DNA of 63,856 nucleotides, filler included, from Craspedostauros australis (taxonomy: Eukaryota), in assembly GCA_030167865.1 (NCBI GenBank). It is 15 parts of 15 records of this genome, joined end to end, with 100 filler letters (N's around TTAATTAATTAA, not from the genome) between each part and the next. Parts side by side here need not be neighbours in the genome. Positions count along the whole stretch, not along the records: positions 22,125 to 26,452 come from JALAGF010006123.1; positions 26,553 to 31,781 come from JALAGF010006126.1; positions 31,882 to 41,809 come from JALAGF010006127.1; 12 more parts are not named here. One strand, 5' to 3'. Shown here in pieces: positions 24,921 through 37,130 of this stretch (its first letter is position 1; each line of letters begins with the position of its first letter). The notes under the pieces were generated by a model, which saw nothing but the letters and a program-made list of their open reading frames with translations, searched no databases and was not told the origin of the DNA. The translations under genes were made by a program, and so were the position numbers.

Positions 24921-26451
24921 CATGAAAGACTCTCTCTGGGCTGCCGCCGCCGGTAACAGCGACAGCATCAGCATCAGCAACCTAGACTTGATACGTGCCG
25001 CGGAACAAGGCAATGTGGACATGATCGATGCATGGAAACGCCGCTTCCCACAGACCTCCATCGACACAGTCAAGGACAGCGCTGAGAGGACTCTGCTTCA
25101 TCATGCATGCATCAGCGGGCAGCTTGACATGGCGTTGCACTTGGTGGAATCCTGCGAAGCCGATCCCAGCGTCCAATCTAACGACGGCGAGGCCGCACTC
25201 CATTACGCATGTGCTCAAGGAAACTTGGATGTGGTGTCATATCTGGCAGACTTGCCGAGCATCGATGTCGACCTCCAAGATACGCAAGGCAAGACTGCTC
25301 TCTACGACGCCTGCTTTGAAGGTCATGTGGATGTCGGAAGAACCTTGATAGAATCCTTCGGTGCAGATGTGACCAGCCGAGATGTCGCAGGCGGAACAGT
25401 GCTCCATGGTGCATGTCTTCAGGGTCATCTGGATGTTGTGGAATACCTGATCGGGCCATGTGAAGCCAAAGTCAACATCCAGGATAACTACGGCAACACC
25501 GCACTGCACAATGCGTGTTTGAAGGGTCACGTCGATGTGATGAAGTATTTATTGGGATCAGGTACCCTGGATGTCAATCTCCAGAACAACGATGGCAACA
25601 CTGTGCTGTGGCAGGCATGTTCCAGTACCAATTCGGACGTCGTCCAGTGCTTGGCGAAATCCTCGAAGGTGAATCTCAATACCCAACACGGTTACAACGA
25701 GGACGCAGCGCTTCATGTTGCATGCTCCAACGGGCAGTTGGACATCGTGAAATGCATCATGGAATCACGCAGAGCCAATATCAATCTTCAAAACAAGCAC
25801 GAACATACGCCCCTTCACGTTGCATCCTCCAACGGACATTTGAATGTTGTGAAATATCTTGTGGAGTCCTGCGCGCCAGATATCACCATCAGAGCCAGCT
25901 ATCGCGGAACTGCGCTGGATTATGCGTGCTCCAACGGGCATCTGGAAGTTGCGAAGTACTTGGTGGAATGGCTGGCGGTGGAGGTAGACCTTCACCACGA
26001 TGAGCTGAGGCGGGCACTTGATGAGGCGTGCGGCTATGGTCGCCTGTATATTGTCAAGTATCTTGTGGAAACATGTGGTGTGGATGCCAACTACAGGCAA
26101 AGCGATGGATGCACTGTGCTTCTTTCTGCAATTGTGAATGGTCACTTGGATATCGTGCAGTATCTCGTAGAGTCATGCCAAGCAGATGTCAATATCCAGG
26201 AGGATCGTCGCGGCACTACAATGCATTTTGCACTCATGCACGATCATTTTGATATCGCGAAGTATCTGGCAGGGTCATGTGGAGTGGATGTCAATATCCA
26301 GGATGAGAGAGGAGATACCGCGTTTCACACGGCGATTTGTTTCTTCGAAATAAGTACAGTGACGCATTTGGTGGAGTCATGCGGAGCGGATATCCACATT
26401 CGAGGGAGAAATGGAGAAACGGCACTCCATAGAGCATGCAGATTCGGCAAT
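24921..26451 (+). CDS. Ankyrin-repeat protein (~14 diverged repeats), 3'-partial
   Basis: Repeated G-TALH-AC-GHLDVV-YL; N-cap LIRAAEQGNVDMIDAWK, similar to the other two ankyrin genes. Confidence 0.9.
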
Positions 26452-26552
26452 TNNNNNNNNNNNNNNNNNNNNNNNNNNNNNNNNNNNNNNNNNNNNTTAA
26501 TTAATTAANNNNNNNNNNNNNNNNNNNNNNNNNNNNNNNNNNNNNNNNNNNN

Positions 26553-28202
26553 GCCAATGCGGCAGCGTCCATGCGCTTGGCTGGGAGGTTGATGCTCATG
26601 GTCTGTGCAACACGTGTGGCGAAGACTGCGCGGTATCGCTTGGCCTGCTGCTTATTGTACCCGCTGACCAAACCAGCGACCACGATGAGAAAGAGAAGGA
26701 CACCGCCGATGGTGAAGCCGGCGATGATGCCTGCCTTGACCGGAGTGGTTGGCTCATGGTATGGGTTGGTGGCGCAATTTGGATCGTACTGGAGGAGCAG
26801 GAAACGGAGGAGCAGGAAATGGAGGAGAGGAGGTGATGAATATTGTGTGATAAAATAGAGCGGCGTTCGCATGAAGCAAGTCGAAAAGGGTATTGGTAAG
26901 GGCAAGAACGAACATGGTGCAATGGCACATCGAAGAGATTATCTCCACACATCGTCTTTGCCCCACACCTAGCACGCTTCCCGTGATTACTTACCTCGCA
27001 CCACTGCTCCTCAGTCGGAAATGTGCCGGATGCAGATGGGCCGGTCATGGGCATCGAGGGACGCGCTTGCACTGGGACAGATGAGGTTTCGTACGCAGCC
27101 TTGATCTGATCGACGAACTCTTGCTCCCCCACGCGCTTCTGGTGACCGGCTTGGTAGAACATGAGCTTGGAGTTGTTGTAGAATGAGACCACCTCGCGTG
27201 CGTTGCTGCATTTGGCATCCAGACAAGTGATCACGCTGACGACGAGCGTGCCGGGCATTGCGCTGCCTTGTGTAATGACCGTGTTGTTTCCAATCGAGTG
27301 GGTAGTGGTGGTCTCTCGCTTCTCCTTCAATTCCCCGAGAAGCACGAGACTCTGTGTGAGTGGCAACGTGACGATTGTCCCATCAAGCTCAAAGCTTGAG
27401 GTGCCGTAGATGTCCAGCGCTTGAGCAATACCTGGGTGGGTACTTTCGGATGCTGGCTCGAGGACTCGGTAACGATGATTGAAGGTCCTAGTGCCGTCGA
27501 CGGTGTAGTTATTGAAGACCTTGTAGGGAAAGGATTTCACGGTCAGTAGACCAAATTCAGGAAGGATCTCGCTGCGGGTCTCCATCGGTTGTCCATCGGG
27601 TCCGTACACGAACATGTCGCACATGTAGTATCCAGTGAAGAGAGCCTAAAGGCGATAATTGTAGTGTAGCATAATAGATAGGAAGGCAGGAAGGAAGACA
27701 GGATAGCATTGTGAGCAATATTAGGTGGGATAGATAAGAATTCTCCGCAGGAGGACGGTGTCGTACCAAGTGAAAGAGATCGATATGATGCACAAGTGGA
27801 GGATTCCCTGGTCACCAAAACCCCCATCCTTCAAAGGCAGATACACACTGCACGCGTATGACCTATCATTGAAAGCTCTCTATTGTGCGGTGTGCAGTAC
27901 CCGCTAGCACCAGAGTACACCGTCATCGTGGACTGCGCCATACCACGCAAGAGTCGCGACATGTATGTTTGTGGCCGAGGCTACCAATCACAACGCTAGC
28001 GAAGGAACAAGTGGGGACGCACCTTGACCTTGTTCTGCTCAACGATATCGTAGTTGACGTCCGACTTGTAGCGGTTGTCGGACTCGGAGAGACATGGCTC
28101 GCGCCACGGATCGCCGCACTTGCCGTGGTCGGCCAAGGCCTTTGCGCCTATGCTCAACACGAGCGCAAACACCTGAAGGAGGTTGGTTTGGGAGATTTTC
28201 AT
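26553..28202 (-). CDS. Secreted single-pass membrane protein with 3 exons (28202-28023, 27645-26995, 26788-<26553); 3'-partial
   Basis: Signal peptide MKISQTNLLQVFALVLSIGAKALA; GT-AG introns join in frame (VK|ALFTGYY, WCE|YDPNC); TM segment GIIAGFTIGGVLLFLIVVAGLV followed by basic residues. Confidence 0.75.
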
Positions 28203-29422
28203 GATGCTCGTTTGAGTTGAGCGGTGTTTTTGAAATGGTGTGGTTGGATTGTGCAAGGCGAAGGTTGTCGACTTGGATCTTTCGAGAAATTGTGAGAAGG
28301 AATTGTATTTTCCGAATGAGAGGTGTTCTGGCTCTCGTCTCATCGTTTCACCGCTTCATTGTTTCATTGCTTCGTCTCTGCACATTCGGACTCGTACTCG
28401 TACCTGCGCTCGGACATGCATGAGTGTGTATGAAGATGCACGTCGGAGCACACGCGGAATACAGATGCAACACAAACCCTGATGCCACCACGTCGCCATT
28501 CGTCTCTGTTTCTTGCAGTTGTATCTTCCTTCGTCTCGTCTCGTCTCGTCACGTCTCGTTCCCCTCATTCTGCCTCGTTGCATCGCACGAGAATATCGAG
28601 GTTGATTCCGCCACCTCCCTCCATCTCACTTGTGTTGGTGGGGCGAAGGATGAAGATGAAGCTGCGATGACACACGTAGGATGATGGTACGACTACACAT
28701 GCGGTAATCTTGTGTGGGACGTGCTGTCTCTCTCTCTCTCTCACACGCTCTGCGGAGCGAAATCCCATCAACAATAATACTGAAATACAATCGCCGCACT
28801 GATTGCAGCATCCATGAGAAAAAAGCGCGGAACAAATGCTTCATGTCATCCCATCACATAAATCTCAACCACATCCAAGAAGACGGGCCTTTCCTGCCTT
28901 CTGGTGGGCGTAGCATCGTCTCATGAATCGCTCGATTGTATGTCTGTGATGCTGGAAGTTGGTATTATAAAAGATGACATGGCGGCGTGTTGGAACAACC
29001 GTGCTGATGCTCCAGGGCCTCTTGGTGGTGTGGTACGAGCTGCGCTCATGATACGACTAGCTCGTGCAGTATTCTAAAGTAGTTGGTGGAACTTGTCCGA
29101 GCCAACTCAGAGCGAACGTTTGCGCCACCAACTCATGAGAGGAGTTCTTCTTCACCTCTTGTGGATGGTGCCGATGCGAGAGAAGGAAGATGCGGTGCTG
29201 CCATGTTTGGGCGCCTCTCTTGTGTCCCATGTCATCGGTCGAACCACGCAGCGGGGGCATCTCTGGTCCAGCATGGATCAGGTGGAGAGAGCCGAAAAAG
29301 ATGTGGGACCACACAAAGATTCGAGTCGCCGCGCTGTAACCTATTCTATAATACTACCAAACCCCTTTTCAAGTGCGGAGCGAAAAATGGGAGTAGATTT
29401 CAGACTACGGGTAATGGCTCAT

Positions 29423-31781
29423 CTATTCGTTCTCAGCGCTGTTTGCCCATCCCCAAGGCATCAATTCATTTCGCTCGCCTGTTCTTTCTTCGTCCCCCTC
29501 ATGCATCAATCTCAGTTTCTCCACCTTCCTCATTGCACCCCATTCTCCATACAGCCGAATGGCTTCTTCCATTGCCTGATCGGCCGCATCGTCCATCCCC
29601 ATCCTTGTCAAGCACTCCGAAAGGCGCTCATTCGCCAGCGCTTGATCGTTCGTGAAGCCGCAGCTCGTGGCGAGATCGATCGCATCCTTGAACTTCACGA
29701 CGGCAGAGTCAAACTTGGATCGCAGCATCTTGTGTTCTGCTTGCACCAACGCGTAGCTATGTTGGCAGTTTGGGTTGCCCATGTCGGCCCACTTGCGGAG
29801 CTGCTTGCGGCAGCGGTCTCCTTGCTTGCGGTATGTGGCTGCTTTCGATTTGCTGGAGGTCGCGTAGCTAGCGGCATAACAGCAGATGCTGCCGTAAGTT
29901 GCGCCAAGTGAAAGACAGCTCATTCCTGGGAACTTCTTTATGAATTCGTCAAAGGATCTAAGCGAAGTGACTGCTCCGAGCTCAAAGTCGCCGAAGAACA
30001 CAGCAAGGATTTGTCGGTATGCGGCGAGTACAATCGCTGCGGCGTGGTCAATCTGTTCTGTTGGCTGCGCAAAGAAGGCATCTTCATCAAAGATGTCTCC
30101 CTTCAGCTTCGTTTCGTTGTTGGAGAGACCTCGGAGATTGCGAATGGCCTGCCAACTCATGTTGAGGAAGTCCTTGTGCTCGAGGTGTGGCACATCGTTC
30201 ATGGAATGCAAACACCTTCGCATATCTTTGTCAAGTTGGGCCAGCGGTTCACCCGTGAAGAATCTGTTTTGCAAATGATCGGCAACACTTCGAAGGGCCG
30301 TATTGACATCGCCGTTTGCCATGCTAAGCTCGTGGGCTCTCCATAGGTGTGGCAACGTGGCCTTCGTCAGCTTTATCCAGTGTGTCATGCCAATACTTAG
30401 ATTGTAAATGACTTTGGCTTTGCAGATCCGGTTGGATTCTTGTTCAGTCATCTGCATGGCAATCTCGCCAATCGTTTCCGCGGTTTTGAAATCTCCCATT
30501 ACGTAACCGGAGACGAAAGCAAGGTAAGCGAACGAAGTTGAGGAATGTGGGAGGATGCCGTGCTTCAAAGTCCTCTCCACACATTCAAGGATGACCAAAA
30601 GAAGCAATTCCGGGAGAACGAAGTACGCAATGGTAACCAATTGGTCCAGCAGCTCCATCACAGCCACTTGCGTTGGATCCGCGCACAATGGCTTGCTTCG
30701 GAAGGACTCCACAGTCCATTTCGATGCTGTCAGTTTCACCTTCAGGAGACCACGTATCAACTTGAAGTTCCTGCCCAGCTTGCTTGTGGGGAACCTGCAT
30801 CCAAGTTGGCCTAACACAGACAGGATTGTTGGGAGCGTCTTCTTTGTTCTGGTTTCGTTGGATTCGATGAACAAGTTGTCGATGAAGATACGATACGCCC
30901 GGATCTTGTCAAGGATGGAGCAATCCAATGACAACACGCTCGAGCAGTATCGTTGCACCTCATCACTGTTTACATTGATGTACGCGCATTCGGCGGCTGA
31001 TGAAAAGATGTCGATGCTCTGATGGAGATGGGTCTTCCAATGATCAGCTGGCAACAGTGCCATTGCTGTCCGGAAATACTCTGCCGCAGCTTGGAATGCA
31101 GCGCATTCGACAGCGAGCTGACCTGCCTTGGAGTTGAGCATGGCGATCCTCATGCGACGATCGGAGTGCTGAGCAGTGGCAGGCACGAGATCGAGCCTGG
31201 CATTGATGAGGCCAGCGATCATGTGGACCTTGTCCTCTCGCATCTCACCCTTTGAGTATGAGGTGAGCAGGACATCACCAACTCTGTGCCGCAGCTCGGA
31301 GAGCTTGTCTTGAGGAACGAGCGACAGCGCAGCTTCCTGGACTTGATCGTGGATGAAGGTGTATCGATACCCTTGCTTTCCGTTGGCGTTGTTCGTGGGC
31401 TGCTGCTGAGCACCTATGGCCGTATCCTTCCTTCCAGACTTTCGGCATTGAGAGCTGCGATGCAGATGTTGCTCGATGAGGCCTTCTCTCTCACAGACAT
31501 CCAGACTTCGTTGAATACCTTCGTACGAGATGAGGTGCGCCTGTTGCCNTTGCAGCTCTTGTGACCGCTCCGATTGACGGAGGGATGAAGCACCATGCGA
31601 CCGTTGTGATCCATCCGATCTCTGAGATGCATCTGATGACTGTGAAGATGGCATCAGCGCAGCATTCTCATCTGACGTCAACAGATCCTTGAAGAACACT
31701 CTGTGGTCAGAGTGGATGGACAGTGTCCGGATCGCAAGGATCAGCCTGCGGTTCGAGAATGTGGATCCAAGGCATGCCGCG
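29423..31781 (-). CDS. STAND/AAA-type ATPase family protein, winged-helix and TPR-like C-terminal half; 5'-partial
   Basis: AACLGSTF at the scaffold edge, YTFIHDQVQEAA, NSKAGQLAVECAAFQAAAEYF, QALANERL, AIRLYGEWGAMRKV; same family as 1-2959. Confidence 0.8.
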
Positions 31782-31881
31782 NNNNNNNNNNNNNNNNNNN
31801 NNNNNNNNNNNNNNNNNNNNNNNNNTTAATTAATTAANNNNNNNNNNNNNNNNNNNNNNNNNNNNNNNNNNNNNNNNNNNN

Positions 31882-32301
31882 GACGATGACGATGACGATG
31901 ACGATGGCGGCCAAGAAGCAGGTGAAAAGAAAGAGGAATATCCACGCACGGCCACCAACTACACATCAACTCACCTGGACACCATTGGTAATCCAGCGAC
32001 ATGAGGCAGCGGCCTCAATGCCAACACCAGCAACAACAACAGTGATGGCGCACACCAACAACGGCAACAGCCGAACTGGGGATTTGGTTTAGTTGTCGAA
32101 GGAGATGGTATGCTCCATGAAACCACGCGTCCGTGTCTGACATTCAACAGCCCGTTGCTGTCGAAGATGCACAACAACAGAACCAAGTTCGAAATCGTCA
32201 ATCTCAAACTCTGGACGTTAAAGCCGGGTGCTACAGAAGCAGAGGCTGACAAACTGGAGCTCTCGTGATTGTTTCTGGAACGCCACACGGCATGGCCATA
32301 G
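31882..32301 (+). pseudogene. TLDc-domain protein C-terminus with two in-frame TGA codons
   Basis: WGFGLVVEGDGMLHETTRPCLTFNSPLLS...FEIVNLKLWTL matches the TLDc C-terminal consensus; TGA at 32002-32004 and 32266-32268. Confidence 0.65.
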
Positions 32302-35300
32302 GCACAAGCTACTCCAAGCAATGCGGAGTACGCTGCATCGAAAGTACTGGTGCACTGCTTCAGAGGTCTGACAGGATCACCGATCCGGATAGTGCCCTGC
32401 AGGGGCAGTTATGGGCGACTTGAAAACCAGTGTAGAGGATTCATCATTGAGACTGTTAAACATTACCAAGCTATTCTGCGCGCTTGCACAGTGCCTGCAA
32501 TACCAATCACTCAGATTCATAGCATACTTCCCACTCAGGAGGACAAGTACTAAGTTTCTTGTCGTTGTACTCGTCGTCGTACTCGTCGTCGTACTCATCA
32601 TCACGCTCCTCCTCCGCAACAGCGATGCTCCGGCCGTTCCTGTGATGGATGTGATGCTCACTTTTTCGTGCCAACTCCCTCGTGTTTTGAGGACGAAGAT
32701 GGGAAACATCATACCTGTATAATACGAGTATGAGCAAGACCCTGGGCACAGAATCCCACAAGGGGGATGGATTGGACGGACGTACTACTGCACCTCGCTC
32801 ACTCGGCACGCCGATAGCATTCTCGAGCGCTATCGTCACACCATTCGTTATTGCGTTCAGGTCCGTGCAAGTGAGACGCACCGAAACGGAGCCTCGAAGC
32901 GCTTTGTTGGCATTGATTAGGTTGCAGACGTAACGTCTGGCCACATGTCCGGCTGACGTCCGCAGCCAAACAAGTGATTTGATTGGCTATTGTACGTTGG
33001 CAGCATTGTCCGATTGACATTGCTGACGTCACTGTGTGATGAACTCGACAAATTCAAACCGAGACATTGAATGCAAGCGTTATATTCGAAATAGATAGAT
33101 ACATCTGGCGGCGCAGGGACATGTCAAAACCGGTATCAGACCGCAACCAAGCGAAACATTCAAACTGAACGAAATTGGAATCCTCACAAACAGCGCGCTT
33201 GTGGCAACCTTGGATATGGAATACTAGAGGTTATACCAAATACCATGAGCTGCTCCAACTCCAACACCAAGGGAGCATTAAAGAACTTCAGGGTTGAAGT
33301 AATTTATGGCATCAAATAAGACAGGAACATGCCGAAAGTGGATAAATTGTCGCGGTCCGGCATTGATACGGTTTGCAGGTTCGACCACAGGCAGGTGAGG
33401 ATCAGAGACAGGGGACCTTTGTTTGAGTGAGGACGATTAACCGCAGGGATCAAGGTTGGTGAATAGCATCTCAAGGGGTGTATTGTATCCGTTTCACTGC
33501 TGCAACAGGCCGCAGGGCCACTGACGCGAGTTTGTCCAGTGAAGCTGAAGGCATCATCCCACCGAATCGTTGGAAGTCAAACGATGAGCGACGACTGTTC
33601 TGGAAGCCGGCAAGGCGAACGACAAAAGTGTAGCTTCAGGTTTTGCAATTGTAGATGTGCGGACGAGATTCCCAAACACACCCCAATGACATCAATTCAA
33701 CTATTAGCTTCAGGCTTGTCTATTTCAAAAAAAATCCGACAACAGGCCCAATTTTGCCCCATATCGGGAAGCAAAATGGGTGTAAAAGTGCCGTCTGTCA
33801 TGCGGTACGTCAATAGTCTTGGTATAGTCCAAAATTATAAACTTAAATATCTACTCTAATAATGCTCGTAGGGGGGGCAATATTTCACACAGTAGCCCTC
33901 CACCTATAGGTCTATCTGTGTGCAAAGTTTCAGATAGGTCATAAAAGTCATTACGGCTCAGATGCACGCTTCCTAGAGTAACCGGGTCTTAGCCGTTGGC
34001 GAGCTACATTCAAGTGTGTTAGTGACCAGAGGAGCTTGTTCTGCATCTTGTTCGTGTGCTTGTTCGACAAGGAAAGTGCATTGGTTGCAACAATTATAAT
34101 TTCACCGCAACTCCGACCAAGACGATAACTGGCGAACCAACGACTCGACGACGAATACAAGATTTAATGTTGTAGTCAAATGATCGATCATGTATCTTTG
34201 ATGTGCAATTGGCGTTGCCACTTCCAACATACTTGCGCCGTACGCTCCGTCGGTCTCCCTGCACGAGTATTGCTGCTGCTTTGTGACTGACGAGATGAGT
34301 CCGATGCGCTTGTTCTTGACGCTTGCCACCAAATGTGTCGCTGCGGAGAGTGAAGTGAAAGTGCGCCTCGAGCCCGAGTCGCGGCGGTGGTGGTAGTCGT
34401 GACGGTGCTTCTTTTCCTTCTGCTTCAACGTACATAGAGCAACATGCGAGTACTCCACAGCAAACCGCAACGACTTCAGAACTCTCGGTTGATATCGATA
34501 GCGTCGTTCGGTGGAGATGTGAGCTGCGTTTCCTCCGGAGATTGGGCACGGACAACTTCTCTGAGGAGGAGGAGGAGGAAGGAATTGAGGTGATGTGTCA
34601 GATTTATAGTTCCTTGAATGCTCCCTCCGCATCTCTGCATCATGTTCACCTCACCGAGTACTGACGATGATAAGGAAGCCGAAGGCGCATGTGCAAGTGA
34701 CGATGGCCATGGTCACTGGACAGGGAAACAAGGAACAGCGACTCGATGAGGAGTCTTTTTGTGTGGATTTATCAGCGTCCGGGAGTTGGTGAGGTGGATG
34801 CTGAGCGCGACTTCCATTGGCTGTGCTCTTTTCTGCACACAGAAACGAACAGAGAGAGAGAGAGAGAGACTCGTCAATTCAGATTTATGGTGGTGCGCTC
34901 ATCCGACCTGAGAATCGGCTCTCTGTCGTTTCCGACTCTTGAGACGCTCGATGCTGCATACATTTTTCGAATGTTCCCGGTGCACGACAGGAATGAAGTT
35001 TGATGTGTCGTGCTGTGATGCGGAGTAGCGATATGTGTAGAGTGCTCAGAGTACTCTCTGAAGTAGAGTAGGAACTTATCGAGTATGGTATGACAAAGGC
35101 CGTGGCCAGGTCAGATTCATTCGAATTGGCAGGAAGAGCGTTCGTGCTGGATCGTAGCCCGTTCCTCCCAGGTTGGATGGCGAGCGAAGTTGATGTTGAG
35201 ATTTAGAGATCGGAGGCAACTCATGCGATCTTGGCGGCGTCGATTACACAATCAAGCGCGGAATACCAGCAGTCGGAGCAGGAATGTGCACCTTACCCAC

Positions 35301-35597
35301 GCACGAAAGAGCGGCGTTTGGTACATTACCCATTGTCTCATACTCGCAGGGTACATGTTCGTAGGGTTGCTACGAGAGATCCGTGGGCAACGCAATTTCC
35401 AATTGAACCGTACCTATGGGTATGGTCCATTGCGTGATACATTGCATGCTGCATTTTGCACCTCCCTCTCGAAAGAGTCGGATCAATGTTTGCTCATAAA
35501 ACCACATCGCCTTCTTCGCCGAAGCACACCATCATCCACATCACCCACATCACCCACATCACCCACCACCGTCAACAGCACAAACAATACACAAACC

Positions 35598-36257
35598 ATG
35601 AAACTCTCCATCACCTCCTCGCTCTCTGCCCTTCTCTTCGGAGCAGCGTCAACCGCCGACGCAGCCGACATCCTTCTCACGGATTTCACCGAGGGAACCG
35701 CAGGATGGGAGGTTTCTGATGATGCCGGCATCCCTGGATCAGAGACCTCTATGGGCATCTTCGAGACATCCGAACAGTCTGGCCTTTCGGTCTTCGTTGG
35801 CCAAGTGGTCAACAAGGATAGCATCGACAAGCCTGGCTTTGTCAAGATCCGAAGCACCGATGGAGGGCCCTACCCTGACATCTCTTCGTGTTCTGAGATC
35901 GCGATCACACTCTTCGGTTACGATGACTACGCAGGGTTCTACTTCGCCTTTTCGGACTCCGTTCCGGAATTCCCACAGCAGTTCCTGACTGAGTGGCGTG
36001 TCAACGTGAAGACTGTTTCAGATCACATCGTGAGAGAGCTCGCGTTCCCGATTTCTGCTTTCAGCAGCAAGTGGGACTTTATCACTGGTGAGATCACTGC
36101 ATCTTGTGCAGACGATCCAAGCGCCTGCGCTACCGATTCTGTGCTGGCCAACATCAAGACCCTCGAGTTCTGGGCCCAAGGCAAAGCCTCATTCTTCGCG
36201 TCCGCTTTGGCTTCCATCCGCGCAACAGGATGTACCACCGCAACAGACGCCGAATAG
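35598..36257 (+). CDS. Secreted CIA30-like (NDUFAF1/carbohydrate-binding fold) protein
   Basis: Signal peptide MKLSITSSLSALLFGAASTADA; LTDF...WEVSDD...S.GIF...FVGQV...PGFVKIRS...PDISSC...YAGF pattern. Confidence 0.6.
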   Translation: MKLSITSSLSALLFGAASTADAADILLTDFTEGTAGWEVSDDAGIPGSETSMGIFETSEQSGLSVFVGQVVNKDSIDKPGFVKIRSTDGGPYPDISSCSEIAITLFGYDDYAGFYFAFSDSVPEFPQQFLTEWRVNVKTVSDHIVRELAFPISAFSSKWDFITGEITASCADDPSACATDSVLANIKTLEFWAQGKASFFASALASIRATGCTTATDAE

Positions 36258-37130
36258 GCTGCTCTATAGTGAGTGTATTGTGATTGACGCATCCATGACT
36301 GTGGCCCGGAGCCAACATTTCCCCACATAAGGATGATGACGATGCTGCATAATACGGGCTCACGAGGATATGTGCAAGTAGCAACGTGCCATCGAGTTAG
36401 ATACAGACCGACTTGCGAGCAGAGTCGATCCTGAACCCAATGAAAGTCTAGATAATCGAAACTCAAGAATAAATCAAATTGACTCGCAACGCCGTTCGGA
36501 CTACCGTAGATACGCGCCTTCAAGTGTGTGCTCTATGCATGCTCGAGGAATAGAGGCAGCCACTTCACGGTACTGGTTGATCCAAGCGCCGACGCTCCTG
36601 CTTTCTGCCAGCACGTACCAAGTGCACAGTTTCACAAGCATAGTACCTCACTCTTTGATGTGTTGCCTATCCGTCACGTCTTCCCTATGAAGTAGATTGA
36701 TGGGAGAAGGAGAGGTATTTTGAGATCGTCCAATCATGGCTTGAAAGAGGCAATGCTTGTGCGAAGCTGAATGCGAGAACTTTAGCACGAGCTCTGGACA
36801 GTCTTCCTCTGCAGACTCTTTGTCGATGCTCGTATGTACCAACACGCGCATTAGATTCACGAAGCGTTTCGTTTTCGCGTTCCTTGTGGCCATTCCTGAA
36901 TTCGCCCGAAGTTTGGTTGATACATGCCCGTTGGCGCCAAAAGAGTCTTCCGCTGTGGCTTTCTTTTTGTTCTGTTCATTGTTTCCGCACACGTCGTTGT
37001 GCTTGTGCCTGGAACGGTTGATCGCTATCCCACCTGACCCTTCTTCCTATCCTGTTTCCACGACGGCTCCAGCTCCATCTCACGCAACCTACGGAGACCA
37101 TCATTTGTTCGAAACACGAAGCAATCAGAG

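Noticed and set aside
33050..34720. Possible degraded gene or transposon remnant, including an AT-rich patch at ~33690-33950
   Set aside because: No recognisable motif, TIR pair or sustained reading frame
35190..35597. N-terminal extension of the 355-aa ORF
   Set aside because: The signal peptide starts at ATG 35598 after a CA-rich 5' UTR; the upstream frame is incidental
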